DNA from: Nemertoderma westbladi
Lineage: Eukaryota > Animalia > Xenacoelomorpha
DNA: 37,214 nucleotides
Direction: 5' to 3'
Assembly (NCBI GenBank): GCA_032718475.1
Contig: JAUCBJ010002785.1
Span: 1-37,214 of the forward strand
The position numbers were made by a program, and so were the translations under genes. Numbering within the stretch: position 1 is the first letter of the stretch; every line of letters starts with the position of its first letter. This document shows positions 24,601 to 35,903 of the stretch, one piece after another. Under the pieces are notes generated by a model, which was not told where the DNA came from, did no database searches, and was given only the letters and a program-made list of their open reading frames with translations.

Positions 24601-26656
24601 GAGGTAAGTGAAAATTCCGTTTCTAGGCGAAAGGTAACACCAGTGTGTTATACCGACGACGGCAAAAGCCAAACCTCCCACGAGGAGAACAGCGGGAAAG
24701 ACACCGAAAGCTCTTACTATGTCAACAAAGCACCTAAAGACGTAAGTAAATTTAAGTCTCGAACCAGTGACAGGAGAGAACAGGTAACAACAACTTCTCC
24801 TACGTCTTCTAAAAGAATTCATGGAAGAAAGCCCGAGGAAAGAACAAGTGTGCACCACACAGCACAGGTTAAAGTAAGTAACATCAAGCCCAAATGTGTA
24901 TTGTGTGACGGGCCCCATCGCTTGAGTGGGTATGATGAATTCTTAAAGAAATCCCTAAAGGATAGACGTGATGTCATGTGGGATAAGCGGTTGTGTTATA
25001 ATTGTCTCAGACGAGGACACCAACGGCGGACCTGTTACTCAGATGCTAGGTGTGCTAAGTGCAGCGCGAAACATCATATCTTGCTGCACACAGAATTTGA
25101 AAGAACCCGCACGAGTCAGGTAAGTGAGCCCGAACTACATGTCCAATTCAGTGATGTGAACGACACTGAACACAGCTCTGAGATGGAAGGATTCTACACA
25201 GACGAATTCTCCGATGAAAATGAATCCTGTTATATGACAAACACCGCGGTGTATCGAGCGCTTACGTATGAGACTGAAACCGATAGCGAGCTTCCCCTAA
25301 CTATTCCGGACCGACAACCATCTTGGAAAGCGCCAACTTCCAACGTAGGAATCCGGGAATTTCCCGTAGTGCAGTTGAGAGTCCATGGATTAAAAAAGAG
25401 CTATATAGTGAATGCCCTCCTTGACTCTGGCAGCACAGGAACATTCATCGACAAAGAACTAGCCAAAGACATCTTTGCTGGACAACCCAAGTTCCGAACT
25501 AAGTTGAACCTTTCAGGAATTATGCAGGTTTGGAAATCTACAGTAGCTACAGACTACTATGTAGGCGCATTGTCCACCCCCCAGGATGAACTAGGAGAAC
25601 ACAGTATAAGGTCAGTAACAATGGTGGCGATAAAGAACTTCGCTACCTGCCAAGGGGAACCTTATAACTGGGATGAAGACGATTTCACCCAGCAGCATGA
25701 GATACCTAGATTCAACACCGACTACCCAGGGGTACAGATACTCATCGGCCAAAATGCGCATGAGGCGCTTGAGACATTAGAGAAACGGCCTGCTCGACCG
25801 CAACCATTGCAAACCTATGCGGGAAGAACAAGAGTAGGTTGGTACTTCACTGGACCTTCCCGTAGGACGCTCATGGAAAGGCTACCCAAAGATCAGGTCC
25901 ATCGGGTGAGTGAATGGGAAGAAGACATCAGTGAGGGAGAGACAATCACAACTGAGGGAACACCATACTCCTCAGATAATGACGATATTAACTCTAATTA
26001 AGATCAATGGAGACATTGCCTTGGGACGATTAATCCAGCCGACATCGCTTCCAGAGGAGCAACTCCTCAAGAACTGATAGATACTCCAGACTGGTTAGGT
26101 GGACCCGACTTCCTAAGTAAAGAAGAAGATGAATGGCCTCCCCATCTTACCACGGCTGAGATCAGACAAGCCAAGGGAGCGGAGAAAGTCAAACCTAAAA
26201 CCCGGACGAGTAAATCAAAGTTATTCAAACCCGTGATAGATCGGTCTGTACTACACATTTCCAGGGACGACGCTGTAGATCTAAACTCCCCCGCCACAAA
26301 TATCTCTGTTGTGGAAATCAGAGAAAGAGACTGGAAATCTGGAACACCAGACGTCTCGCAGGGACTCTCACCTCTCCTGCAGGGAGCGATAAACCACTAT
26401 AGCTCCTGGAATCGGCTTTGTAAGGCCGTCGTGTATTTGAAGCGATGTTTCTATCATCACTATTCCAGGACGAAGATGAAACCTGGAATTGTATTCGAAA
26501 CACAACAACTCAATCGCCCAGTTGGTCGTTTATGTTTACTGGAAAGAGACCGAGAACTGTCCGGAAACTATGGAAGGCAAGATACTCTTCCCACGACCAC
26601 CTCCCTAATCCAACAAACATCTAGGGACTCCCCAACGTAACAGCGTCTGGAGTGGG
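21639..26656 (+). mobile_element. Internally deleted Bel/Pao LTR retrotransposon (coding region)
   Basis: Gag-PR ORF, then WRHCLGTINPADIASRG…WLGGPDFL…EWP (Pao RNase H end) at 26002, YSSWNRL and RPVGRLCLLE (Pao C-terminus), then a purine-rich GGAGTGGG followed by TG at ~26657. Confidence 0.85.
21961..26001 (+). CDS. Bel/Pao Gag-protease polyprotein (1346 aa), no RT
   Basis: FKGDEMKWLPF…LSNGEKLRFLIECLEG (Pao gag core), zinc knuckles CVLCDGPH / CYNCLRRGHQRRTC / CAKCSAKHHILLH, aspartic protease NALLDSGSTGTFI, and an Ala/Glu coiled-coil repeat. Confidence 0.88.
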   Translation: MTSERGAKMAEAVYSDPLLILPEAVLTRVLIAVEEHQIDWARSKRSTKDSYAGYIREELKSIVETQWNFPRPGLPFNLLEAAWEDLYRMGVVRDTRDPAVWKRSAAGYVQGFFSSLERLEEQLFQQPQGPQEQGELLYQVRERILRIRLILSAFEEASKRSQDTSLQVAIKNWFQQVSLKVQGTTQWKIQLAERSTHGESTDATFSQVESEVTLEKPQKKDAIDIYLSDYQRFIGDEELRRRLAGLRPNSEGAKFVLDTLDAEMLAVNQAKFDESIRIARVQEEQVKKKRIEDRKTAAAAAAAAEAEAERKAAEVERKVAVAAAEAERKVAAATAAAEAEAERKAAEAERKVAVAEAERRASEETTQLELKNLQEKQDYIDKQRTASQWQMISRSTPKRQGFTSSDEGDTTDPEGGGNRSRPSRRRRMPHHQKLPNLPPAVRRQLASTDLGSTEPTDQIIRVERLPTIVDEPEIIRPVLEATPPVIETPVLPEPNSKFPLHSTKLPVPSRIGPESAPVLDAEQDINDLSSVVPRLPATMLAAPASAVEWVDEGRRGMDLLLGRMQETVQQFKGTVRESRLELQEVQQSIALERDKLVNIQRSIPPPPVTMCQPVRSEVFHAQGVEPTRIYTASEVETPIVNPIKGNYKPVDNDIPYRPDHNPRNLYTDNSILNNTMAQESFTRQMARTEARQAVKVGEIFKFKGDEMKWLPFNEYYKDNIQNSVLSNGEKLRFLIECLEGPPKLMALKFIGHPDGLRQVWDTLNIRYGNRINIARYLYTKLVAPRKFLSSGIIEFSDEIQEICRQLDWLGKSHEYQNSMVVGALASALPKGEVGTRWDKKVLYLMDQQHRDPTMTDLLSFLNREVRLQLLKQSREKTPESEVSENSVSRRKVTPVCYTDDGKSQTSHEENSGKDTESSYYVNKAPKDVSKFKSRTSDRREQVTTTSPTSSKRIHGRKPEERTSVHHTAQVKVSNIKPKCVLCDGPHRLSGYDEFLKKSLKDRRDVMWDKRLCYNCLRRGHQRRTCYSDARCAKCSAKHHILLHTEFERTRTSQVSEPELHVQFSDVNDTEHSSEMEGFYTDEFSDENESCYMTNTAVYRALTYETETDSELPLTIPDRQPSWKAPTSNVGIREFPVVQLRVHGLKKSYIVNALLDSGSTGTFIDKELAKDIFAGQPKFRTKLNLSGIMQVWKSTVATDYYVGALSTPQDELGEHSIRSVTMVAIKNFATCQGEPYNWDEDDFTQQHEIPRFNTDYPGVQILIGQNAHEALETLEKRPARPQPLQTYAGRTRVGWYFTGPSRRTLMERLPKDQVHRVSEWEEDISEGETITTEGTPYSSDNDDINSN

Positions 26657-27956
26657 TGTGTGACTACATTATTTTATATTTGCTTTTATTATTTTTATAT
26701 TTATGTATGTATTATTACGTAATTTTATTATAATCGTTTTCTTTAATTTTATTTAGTAGAATGTTATTTTAGCGATTATTTAGTAGATTAGTGCAATATA
26801 TATTCGTGTTTATTACTTAATTACTTATATTATATATTTAGTGCAACGGCGAGAAATAATTATTTTTCTCTTTCCTTACTGTCTGCATCATATTATAAAT
26901 GCGTGACTACAGTAAGATGAAATATCCGTACTTATTAAAGTACAATAAAGCTCCTACTATACTCAAGTATTATTGGTAAGTAGAGTATTAGGAATGCAAA
27001 GTTCAGATCCTCGTGTCTCGGTTAAACCAAGCTCTGGGTAGACCTTGGAAACGACTTGCCTCTTCTCACTGACATTGCTTATTGCAATATTGCTCTCATA
27101 CCGTATATTAAATAATACATATAGTAGCGTGATGTCCCTCTAACAGTAGCATAAAACGCAAAATAAATATGTTGAACCCTTTGACCATCTGTAATTCTAG
27201 TCGATTAAGATATCGCGGCACCCACCGATATACTTGAAAGACAAAATTCTAGAATCAGTGGTTAACGTCCCCAGACAAGTTCTGGAATAAATCAGTGCCC
27301 ATCTTAAATATTAACTATTTAATATTTATAAAAATCTATTAAAACAAATATAATAAAGTAAATGCCGACAAATAAACTCTGAGGAGTTTGTAAACCAAGA
27401 AAATCTAAAATCTGTTAAAATTCAGATCCTTTAAAATTCTAGTCGATTAAGATATCATAGCACTTACCGATACTCTTAAAAAGACAAATTTCCCAGAATT
27501 CAGGATCCTAGTTCCCAGACATGCTCTGGAATAAAATTGTGTCTATTTAATATTAAATAATAAAATTTACGGGAATAAATTTAAATTCATATCTTCTCAT
27601 GAATTTGATAAATTGTCATTTTATGCAATTTATAACATTCCCAAAATTCCCTTAATTAATAGATCATGGGAGCGGAGATTCACCCTATTAAGTGTATTAG
27701 TGTGCGAGAATCTCCAATATATAGTCAATAGCCGATAAGATTCATAAAATATGTGTCATGCTGTGGGGGTGAGTTAGGCAGCCAATCAGGACTCGAGGGA
27801 GGAAAGTTAGACAGCCAATGAGAGAGAAGATGCGAGTACAGTGGTAAAGCGCCCGCCCATCCATGGTGAGATAACGTCACATTAACTCTCAAGGATAGTT
27901 ATACTCACCATGTGCCATGAACCTGTGCTTGTAAAGTCTTTTGTGCTCGTATATTG

Positions 27957-28209
27957 AAGTGAGGCATAGACTATGCTTCACTGAGGCATAGTCTATGCCT
28001 CAGTGAGGCATAGTCTATGCATCAGTGAGGCAGAGTATATGCCTCAGTGCGGCACTGAGTGAGGCATAGTCTATGCCTCAGTGAGGCATAGTCTATGCCT
28101 CAGTGAGTCATAGTCTATGCCTCAGTGCCTCAGTGAGGCATAGTCTTTGCCTCAGTGCCTCAGTGAGGCATAGTCTATGCCTCAGTGCCTCAGTGAGGCA
28201 TAGTCTATA
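27957..28209. repeat. 22-bp palindromic minisatellite, left part
   Basis: Same unit as 6575-6838; interrupted by the LINE. Confidence 0.9.
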
Positions 28210-30655
28210 CCATATATTTACCTTGCGTACACTGTTTTTAAAGATATATTTTTAAAGGCACTTAATACTGTAGCACCAATTAAAGAAATTAGTCTTAAAC
28301 AACGCACTGAGCCCTGGATGACCTCGGGTATTCTTAGTAATATCAGAGAAAGAGATAACTATTTGTATAAATTTAGGAAATACCGTGTTTTAGCTGATTA
28401 TAATAATTACTGCAAATATAGAAACCTTGTCCAACGGGAAATAAAAAAAGCTAAATCTGAATATTTGTACAACAAAATAAGTGAGAATAAAGATAATCCA
28501 AAAAGTCTATGGTCTACCCTAAAATCTTTAGGTTATAAAAACCTTAAATCTAAATCGAATATTGTTCTGCAAGATAACGGTGAGCTGATTCATGATCATA
28601 CTCTAGTTAGTAATTTATTTAATAATTATTTTACTAATGTTGCCTCTAATTTAGTTACGAAATTACCGTTATCAAGTAATAAATATAGTATAGGGTCCGA
28701 AACTCTAAATAATTTTTATTTAGAAAAGTTACAAAATTCAGAAAAGTTATTTTTAAAACCCGTTTCTGAGGATTTCGTTTTTAAAAATCTACTTAGCCTA
28801 TCAGCCTCAAAAAGTACCGGTCTAGATCTAATACCTGCCCGTTTTCTTAAGGATGGTGCTGAAGTACTTAAAGTGCCTATTACTTTTATTATTAATTACT
28901 CTATCGTAGATAATGTAGTACCAGACGAACTGAAATTAGCTAAGGTTGTTCCTCTGTATAAAAAGAATAGTAAAGTAGAACCCTGTAATTACAGACCTGT
29001 TAGTATCTTAAGTATTGTATCTAAAATTCTAGAACGTTCTGTTTTTCTACAGCTGGAGGCACATCTTAGTAGGCTAAATCTGATCTATGAACTTCAGTCC
29101 GGTTTTCGTAAATCATATTCTACAGACACCTGCCTTATTAACTTAACTGATACAATTAGATGTAATAATGCAAAGGGTTTATATACTGGTATGGTAATGT
29201 TGGACCTACAAAAGGCTTTCGATACTGTAGATCACGAAATTCTGCTTGGTAAGTTAGGCCTGATGGGTGTAGGTTCTATAGACTGGTTCAAGTCCTACCT
29301 GTCAGACAGAGGTCAAACTGTAGTCATTAGCAAATCGCTGTCTACTGTACAAGATATTACCTGTGGTGTACCGCAAGGTAGTATATTAGGTCCTCTGCTT
29401 TTTGTATGCTATGTAAATGATATGATAAGTAGTATAGATCCCGATTTTAAACTCATTTTATATGCCGACGACAGTGCTCTTATTTTCTCTCATAAAGATC
29501 CTATCCATATTTCCCAAAAGTTAAGTGCAGTTCTAGAATCCTGTAATGAGTGGTTGGTTGATAATAAGCTATCCATTCACTACGGTAAAACTGAAAGTAT
29601 TTTGTTTGGTTCCAAAAGAAAGTTAAAGAAGGTAACTAAGTTTGAAGTCACTAGTAATGGACATAAGATTGAAAATAAAAAGGAAGTTAAATATTTAGGC
29701 GCCACATTGGATAACTGCTTATCAGGAGAAAGTACAGTGAAAAATATTTTCTCGAAAGTTAACAGTAGGCTTAGGTTTCTATACAGAAATAAAAATAGTC
29801 TAAACACCGACTCCCGCAAGTTACTTTGCTCTTCTTTAATACAGTGTCACATGGACTATGCGTGCTCTTCTTGGTATGAAGGCTTAACCAAACAAACAGC
29901 TTAAACGTAAATTACAAGTAGCTCAGAATAAAGTAGTACGATTTATTAAAGACTACAAACCTAGGCACCACCTAACTCCAGATGACTTTTCTGAATCTGG
30001 ACTACTTAACTTAGATAGTAGAGTTAAGCAGCTACGCCTTAACCATGTGCATAAAGTGTATAATGGTAAATGTCCCAATTACCTAAAACAAAAATTCAAC
30101 AGAGTACGCGATACACACTCTTACAGTACCAGAGCTAGTGCTTCAAACTTCTACCTCCCGAATTGTAAATCCTTCGAATCTGATACTTTCTTTTTTAACG
30201 GCATTAAAAATTGGAACGCTCTGCCTAATGAAATTAAAAACCTAAATAATCAACATTCTTTTAAATCTGCAGTTAAATCTCATCTCCGTGTGCAATGTAA
30301 AAATAGGTACAATACAGTAGTCCTACAGTAAGTTATTAGTTTATTAATTATTTACTATTTATACTGTAATTACGTTTTATAATAAATTGTTCTGTACATT
30401 ACATCTTTATCGTTGAGTCGGGCATTGTCACGCTCTCGGTAAAGTTGTACATGTACATAGTGTAATTACGTTTTATATTGGTTTTAGGTTAGCGTAGTGT
30501 AATATTGTATTTGTAACCAAGTAACATAAAGGACCCCCTTGGAAATAAGCTGCAAAGCTTTAGGGGTAATCCTATATGTTATGTTGGACAATACCTTTAT
30601 ACCGGTACATTGTTTGGTGTATTTGTTATTGTTTTTACATAATGTATAAATAAAT
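28210..30655 (+). mobile_element. 5'-truncated L2/CR1-group (Crack-like) LINE
   Basis: ORF2 RT at 28318-29904 ([46 protein letters not shown]), frameshifted into the C-terminus ending 30331 (WNALP); 3' UTR stem-loop; absent from the left arm. Confidence 0.92.
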
Positions 30656-30978
30656 CTATATGCCTCAGTGAGTCATAGTCTATGCCTCAGTGCCTCAGTT
30701 AGGCATAGTCTATTCCTCAGTGAGTCATAGTCTATGCCTCAGTGCCTCAGTGAGGCATAGTCTATGCCTCAGTGCCTCAGTGAGGTATAGTCTATGCCTC
30801 AGTGAGGCTTAGTCTATGCCTCAGTGAGGCATAGTCTATGCCTCAGGGCCTCAGTGAGGCATAGTCTATGCCTCAGTGAGCCATAGTCTATGCCTCAGTG
30901 AGGCATAGTCTATGCCTCAGTGAGGCATAGTCTATGCCTCAGTGAGGCATAGTCTATGCCTCAGTGAGGCATAGTCTG
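30656..30978. repeat. 22-bp palindromic minisatellite, right part
   Basis: (CTATGCCTCAGTGAGGCATAGT)n resumes after the LINE tail. Confidence 0.9.
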
Positions 30979-31219
30979 TGTCAGGTCTTAAATGAGAGTC
31001 TTACTAATTCGAACGTCAACGAACAAATTCGAAGGTTACTGTTCCACCTTGGTGTAGTGGCTGTGTTGAATTCACATCTCCCGTATGTCATGGGTTCGAT
31101 CCCTACATAAACCAGGGCCATTTTCGTTTGGTCAGCAATAGGCCTAACTTTGCAAAATGCAGTATTGTTGCCTAGTAACCAATTCATGGCTACCATATGG
31201 TTTTCACTTTGAGACATTT

Positions 31220-31630
31220 CGCCCTCTAGTGGCAGACTGGGAACTTCATTCTACTCTATGACTCCGCAAAAGATATATTCCATATTGTAATAGATACCGA
31301 TTGGGGGGTCAAAATTAAGTAATAATATATCTAAATAAGCCTCAAACATCTTGCCTCATGGCTCGCCCCTTAGAACTCTTAAGCAATATAACTTCATAGT
31401 GTTGCGGATTGTAAATAACAAAGCTAGAGAAGATGTTAATTTTCAAATAATACGCCCTCTAGCGGCAGACATGGGAACTTCATACTACTCTATGACTCCG
31501 CAAAAGATATGGCCTATGCCGTAGTAGATGCCTACCGAGTTTAAACCTATTCGGAATGAAAATAACAAAGTTAGAGAAGATGTTAATTTTCAGATCATAC
31601 GCCCTCTAGCGGCAGACTATGGAACTGCAG
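31220..31630 (-). promoter_or_regulatory. Three CTCF-like motifs (mirror of 5921-6331)
   Basis: CGCCCTCTAGTGG at 31220; CGCCCTCTAGCGG at 31453 and 31600. Confidence 0.5.
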
Positions 31631-32721
31631 ATGGCTGGATATAGGTAAGAGTAATTAGTAATCAGAGGTGTCACGAGAGGGGGGCGGGGCGCTTGGATAC
31701 AACTATTATTAATAAGCTGTTGCTTGTTAAAGCTAATTGGGGGCATATAGAGTAGGTTAGATCGTTTTGAGAATAGGACCATTGGAAACAGCGCCCTCGA
31801 TAACCTCAGTACAAAGAAATTTAATACAGATTAACCGGATATAGCTTGTTATTATAAAACATAAATTATCATACAGTAGAACAATTAGTGTTGTAAAAAA
31901 ATTAAATTGAAGATAAACTGTATATATAAACTATGTATTAAAAGAGGGCCCTATTTAATTATAAAAGTATACTGAAAATGATTAGCAAGCGATACCATAA
32001 TTAGATTATCGATAGGGATTCGGCTTCCTTAAATGAGGCAATCCTGACGCAGCACAAAGAATTTTAAGAGGGGCCTCGATAAATTGCTCATTCATGCGTA
32101 ACTGGTAACCTAGGCGATAGCTTGTCTTAAGTTTAGGCCCTTCGCTAACATTAACTCCAAAATAGTTCCAGTAAGGGAGCTGCATACCCTAGGGCTAAAT
32201 AAGGCTGCAAGTCTATGGTTAGATGCTTCCAATAATGACGTTATTAGCATCGGTGTGTAATATAAAAACTAATTAATTTTAAAAATAGAAACCAATATAA
32301 AAAGTTAAAATAAATACAAATAATTAATTAAAATAAATACAATTCAATACAATTAAAATTAAATACAAATAGATAAGTATTAATAAATAAAATAGCTGCG
32401 GTGTCACTTATGACACCCTCTTGGGCAGCTTTGCGACAGTTGGACAACACAGACACCATTGCGTATCGGTTTGATTAATTAGAATAATCAATTAAACCCT
32501 AATTAGGAGTCGTAAGACACCTATTAGGGATTAATTGTACTAATTAATTGATGACACCTGTCATTTAGGGTCTAATTAGCCTAATTAGGAGGTGTCACCC
32601 AGACAGTCTGGCGCCAATGACACCCAATGACACCCTATGGGTGTCATTGGGTGTCACCCAGACAGTCTGGCGCCAGTCAGTGTGGTCCAACTGTCACAAA
32701 GCCGGCCAAGACCCTACTACT

Positions 32722-33012
32722 ATCCGGTCAGAGACTTGCTGAGGACTTTCAAAGTTAACTGTCAAATTTTGGTGTTTTTTGAGTTAATAAAAAGACCAAC
32801 ACTAGAAGCAGCCTGTTCTAATGAGCTGATGAGCCGTTGGGCTCCCTCTAATGATTCTGAGTGTACTCCTAAGTCATCAGCAAAGTCTAAATCAGTTAGG
32901 TACTTGGCAGGATTTCCTCGATTTCTGGAGCCAGTAGGTGAAGTTACCATCACCCAATTATCATTATGATGATCTAAGGACATGCGTAGAACATATTCAA
33001 CCACAATTATGG
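32722..33012 (-). mobile_element. RTE-clade LINE RT fragment, 5' part
   Basis: LTDLDFADDL motif; continues across the TSD into 16110-15485. Confidence 0.8.
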
Positions 33013-33238
33013 ACCACGAAAACCCATATTGGAAATTTCTTTAGACAAATAGTTCGTATTGTCCCTCTGTGAATTTATTTCTAAATTTTTTTATTTATTA
33101 AATAGGCCTAATACCTAATATATATTTATCTGAATAATAATTATAACAGTATATCTAACGGATACAACAAAATACTACGAATTAATAATAATATACCATA
33201 ACAATATAAGCAAACATTATAGCAATAATAGCAATGAT

Positions 33239-34426
33239 TCAATAGCAATAGAATGACATCTCGTTAGCGTTACCAATATCGCTTCCACTGTATTCAGCTC
33301 GGTCATTACTCACCTCCAAAACCTCTCCTTCAACATCAGTATTACTCTTTATTTCTACCTGTTTCACCAATAATTCCCTAACCATTTCTTGTATTTCTTC
33401 CCCTAACGGACCCACCTTCCCAACATATTTCCTCATTTCTTCCCATTTTTTTGCTCCTTTAATTTTCTCACTAACTTCTCCTACATTAATATGTTCTATC
33501 TGATCGGTTTGGTTTATATTAATTCTAATAATAGTTCCATCTATATAACCAATCAGTAGGTAATTCCCTTCTGGGTAGAAGTTAATAGAACTGAACCAGT
33601 CCCCATACCCACCCGGTCGACCCTCAAACCCCTCTATTACCCTCCCGTTACTTCCATCTAATAAACTTATATACGATGAACCACCTAATATCACGCTCAG
33701 CACAGCAACCCTCCCACCATGAGGTTCCCATTTAACCCTCGACCCATCTACACTCAGTTCCCATAATTCCGCACCGGTTATAACGGAAATACATTTAGTG
33801 AACCCGTGACCCCCTACTAACAGTTTAGTACCATCTGTATTTAACGCTACCGAATAAACTTTCATCTTCCCTTTCATAAGAACCTTCATTAGGTTCCCTT
33901 TGAGGTCCCAGAGTTTAATGGTTCCATCGGCGGAACCGGTAATTAACCCCTTACTGTCTGAAGTGTATAAGACAGCGGATACCCAGTTACTGTGAGCCGC
34001 CCAAGTTTTATGAGTAAATGAATTACCTGTTGCGGTACCAGAAGGATTTATGGTAATAATGGATATAGTTCCATCAAAAGAAACAGTCGAGAACATGTTG
34101 GGATCTAATGGGGAGAAGGTGAGGGTATATTGATGTGTTTCTGTAGACTCAGAGTTTATCTGGAGTTCATTGTGAGCGACGTGGAACAACAGCTCACGAC
34201 TCTCCGTATCCCAAACATTCACACCCCCACCATCCTCACTAACGACAGTTCCCGCAACTCTCTTAGAGTCACTCGATATAGCGCATCAGTTTATTCCTCT
34301 CTCATCCCCATCTTTGTACCGCCCGATGACTCCGAGGTTCGTTGCATCGCAAACAACAACGCCCAGGGTACCGGCATACAGGAACTTGTCTCCATCCGGG
34401 GAATTTTGGAGGTCGTACAGTAACAT
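33239..34426 (-). pseudogene. WD40-repeat protein, right copy; in-frame TGA at 34286-34288
   Basis: Mirror of 3121-4302 with a better WD consensus (LITGSADGTIKLWD). Confidence 0.7.
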
Positions 34427-34765
34427 ATTTTCTTTTGCTGGATTTTATAGAGAAGCTGATATTGTTGTATCTTGGCCAGTTAATTAATATTCAAATACCA
34501 AGTATCAGATATAGTTTTACAATACAGAACATATGGCTCAATTAGAGTAGGAATTTAGCTGGAGCTGGTGCTGGAGTTTTTCATCAAAATTAAAAATGTT
34601 AAATTATCTCTTTCACGAAATAAAATATCGCTCATAATTAATTTCACAAACAAGGGGAAAAATATTAACCTGGCTGCCTGGCCTGGTATGCAGATATATC
34701 ACAATTAAGGGAAGTCACAATAGCCTACCGATGGACATTTTTTTACATGTTATATTTAAACAGTT

Positions 34766-35060
34766 AAAGTAAAGTAAAAAGTAAATTTTCTTCGGCCGCT
34801 AGGCCAAGGCCAGGGATTACGCACAAAGTCTGACGACTTATTTCCAGTGCGGTCCCCCCAGAACTTTACTCCCCAGAGGAAACTCCAGTATTCATTTAGC
34901 TACCACTTAAGGATGCAAGGCAGAACTTTAACTGTTTAAAGCATTCATGCCGAAACGAAAACAGCCCTGGCCCATGTGAGGCTCGAACCCACGACCTACA
35001 GACCTACGGGAGATGTGAATTCAATGCAACCACTAAACCAAGGAGGAACAGTGGAACCTT
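34766..35060 (-). mobile_element. tRNA-derived SINE (mirror of 2487-2781)
   Basis: Reverse complement of the left copy. Confidence 0.75.
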
Positions 35061-35903
35061 GGCAGTTGTAAATTATATACTGCTGTACTGGTCTGCTGGT
35101 ATATATGTCTGACAGTAGCCTATACCAGTATACTACGACTACCTATACTGCTATAAGCTACCGGTACTGACTGACTGATTACAGTAAGAAGTCAGTAGCA
35201 ATCATCAGTTAGGAACACTGGTCACTTTCTGGCTGGAGCTCAGCCAAAAATTGTCCACATATTTACAGCCAGAAAGTGTCCGTGTGTGCAGCCACTATTT
35301 GTCCTTCACAGGCTGCGATTATAATTCTGGATATATTTTGGCTGGTATACAGACGTTTCGGCCTAGGACGTTTCGGCCCGGACGATTCGGTCCGGACGTT
35401 TCGGCCCATGACTGTAACTGAATGAAAAGGCCAAGTTGTTTTATTATATGATAATAATTATTCATTAAAATATACTTATTTCACAATAACATACAAACAA
35501 CAACACAAGGCCAAGTTGTTTTATTATATGATAATAATTATTCATTAAAATATACTTATTTCACAATAACATACAAACAACAACACTAAGTGTTGTTAAG
35601 TCTTAATGAAATATCTTTTATGAAAAGGCTATTTAATTTACCTTTATTACAAAATTAAATAAACAAATGTATGGTGGCGCTCTGGTTCCATAGAAAATCC
35701 GCCATATGTTTAATATATTAGTTAATATTTATAAATATAATGTAGAACTTCTATCTTGACTACTTTAGAAAAGGTGGATCAGAGTTCCTACTATGTAACA
35801 ATTGTTCTAGTAATGTAAAAACTTCAAAAGAAATATATTGAACAACTTATTCTTAAAATTATGTTTGGTTTATATCTGCTTTGTAAGAAGTGATGACAAG
35901 GAT

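Larger units (their letters stand above)
16111..32721. mobile_element. Non-autonomous Polinton/Maverick-like element with nested insertions
   Basis: AGTAGT…ACTACT ends; TIRs 16111-16802 and 32060-32721; 6-bp TSD ATCCGG at 16105-16110 and 32722-32727; adenain-like protease; interrupts an RTE LINE. Confidence 0.9.
27767..35633. repeat. Right arm of the large inverted duplication
   Basis: Reverse complement of 1994-7104 with a LINE insertion, an ~80-bp deletion near 27912 and an 80-bp tandem duplication at 35427-35586. Confidence 0.95.

Noticed and set aside
22650-24918. Antisense ORFs within gag
   Set aside because: Shadows of the Gag frame and its Ala/Glu repeat.
1994-35633. One giant transposon with 5-kb TIRs
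   Set aside because: No TSD at 1994/35633, and the arms include host and RTE flank. The true termini with TSD are 16111/32721.
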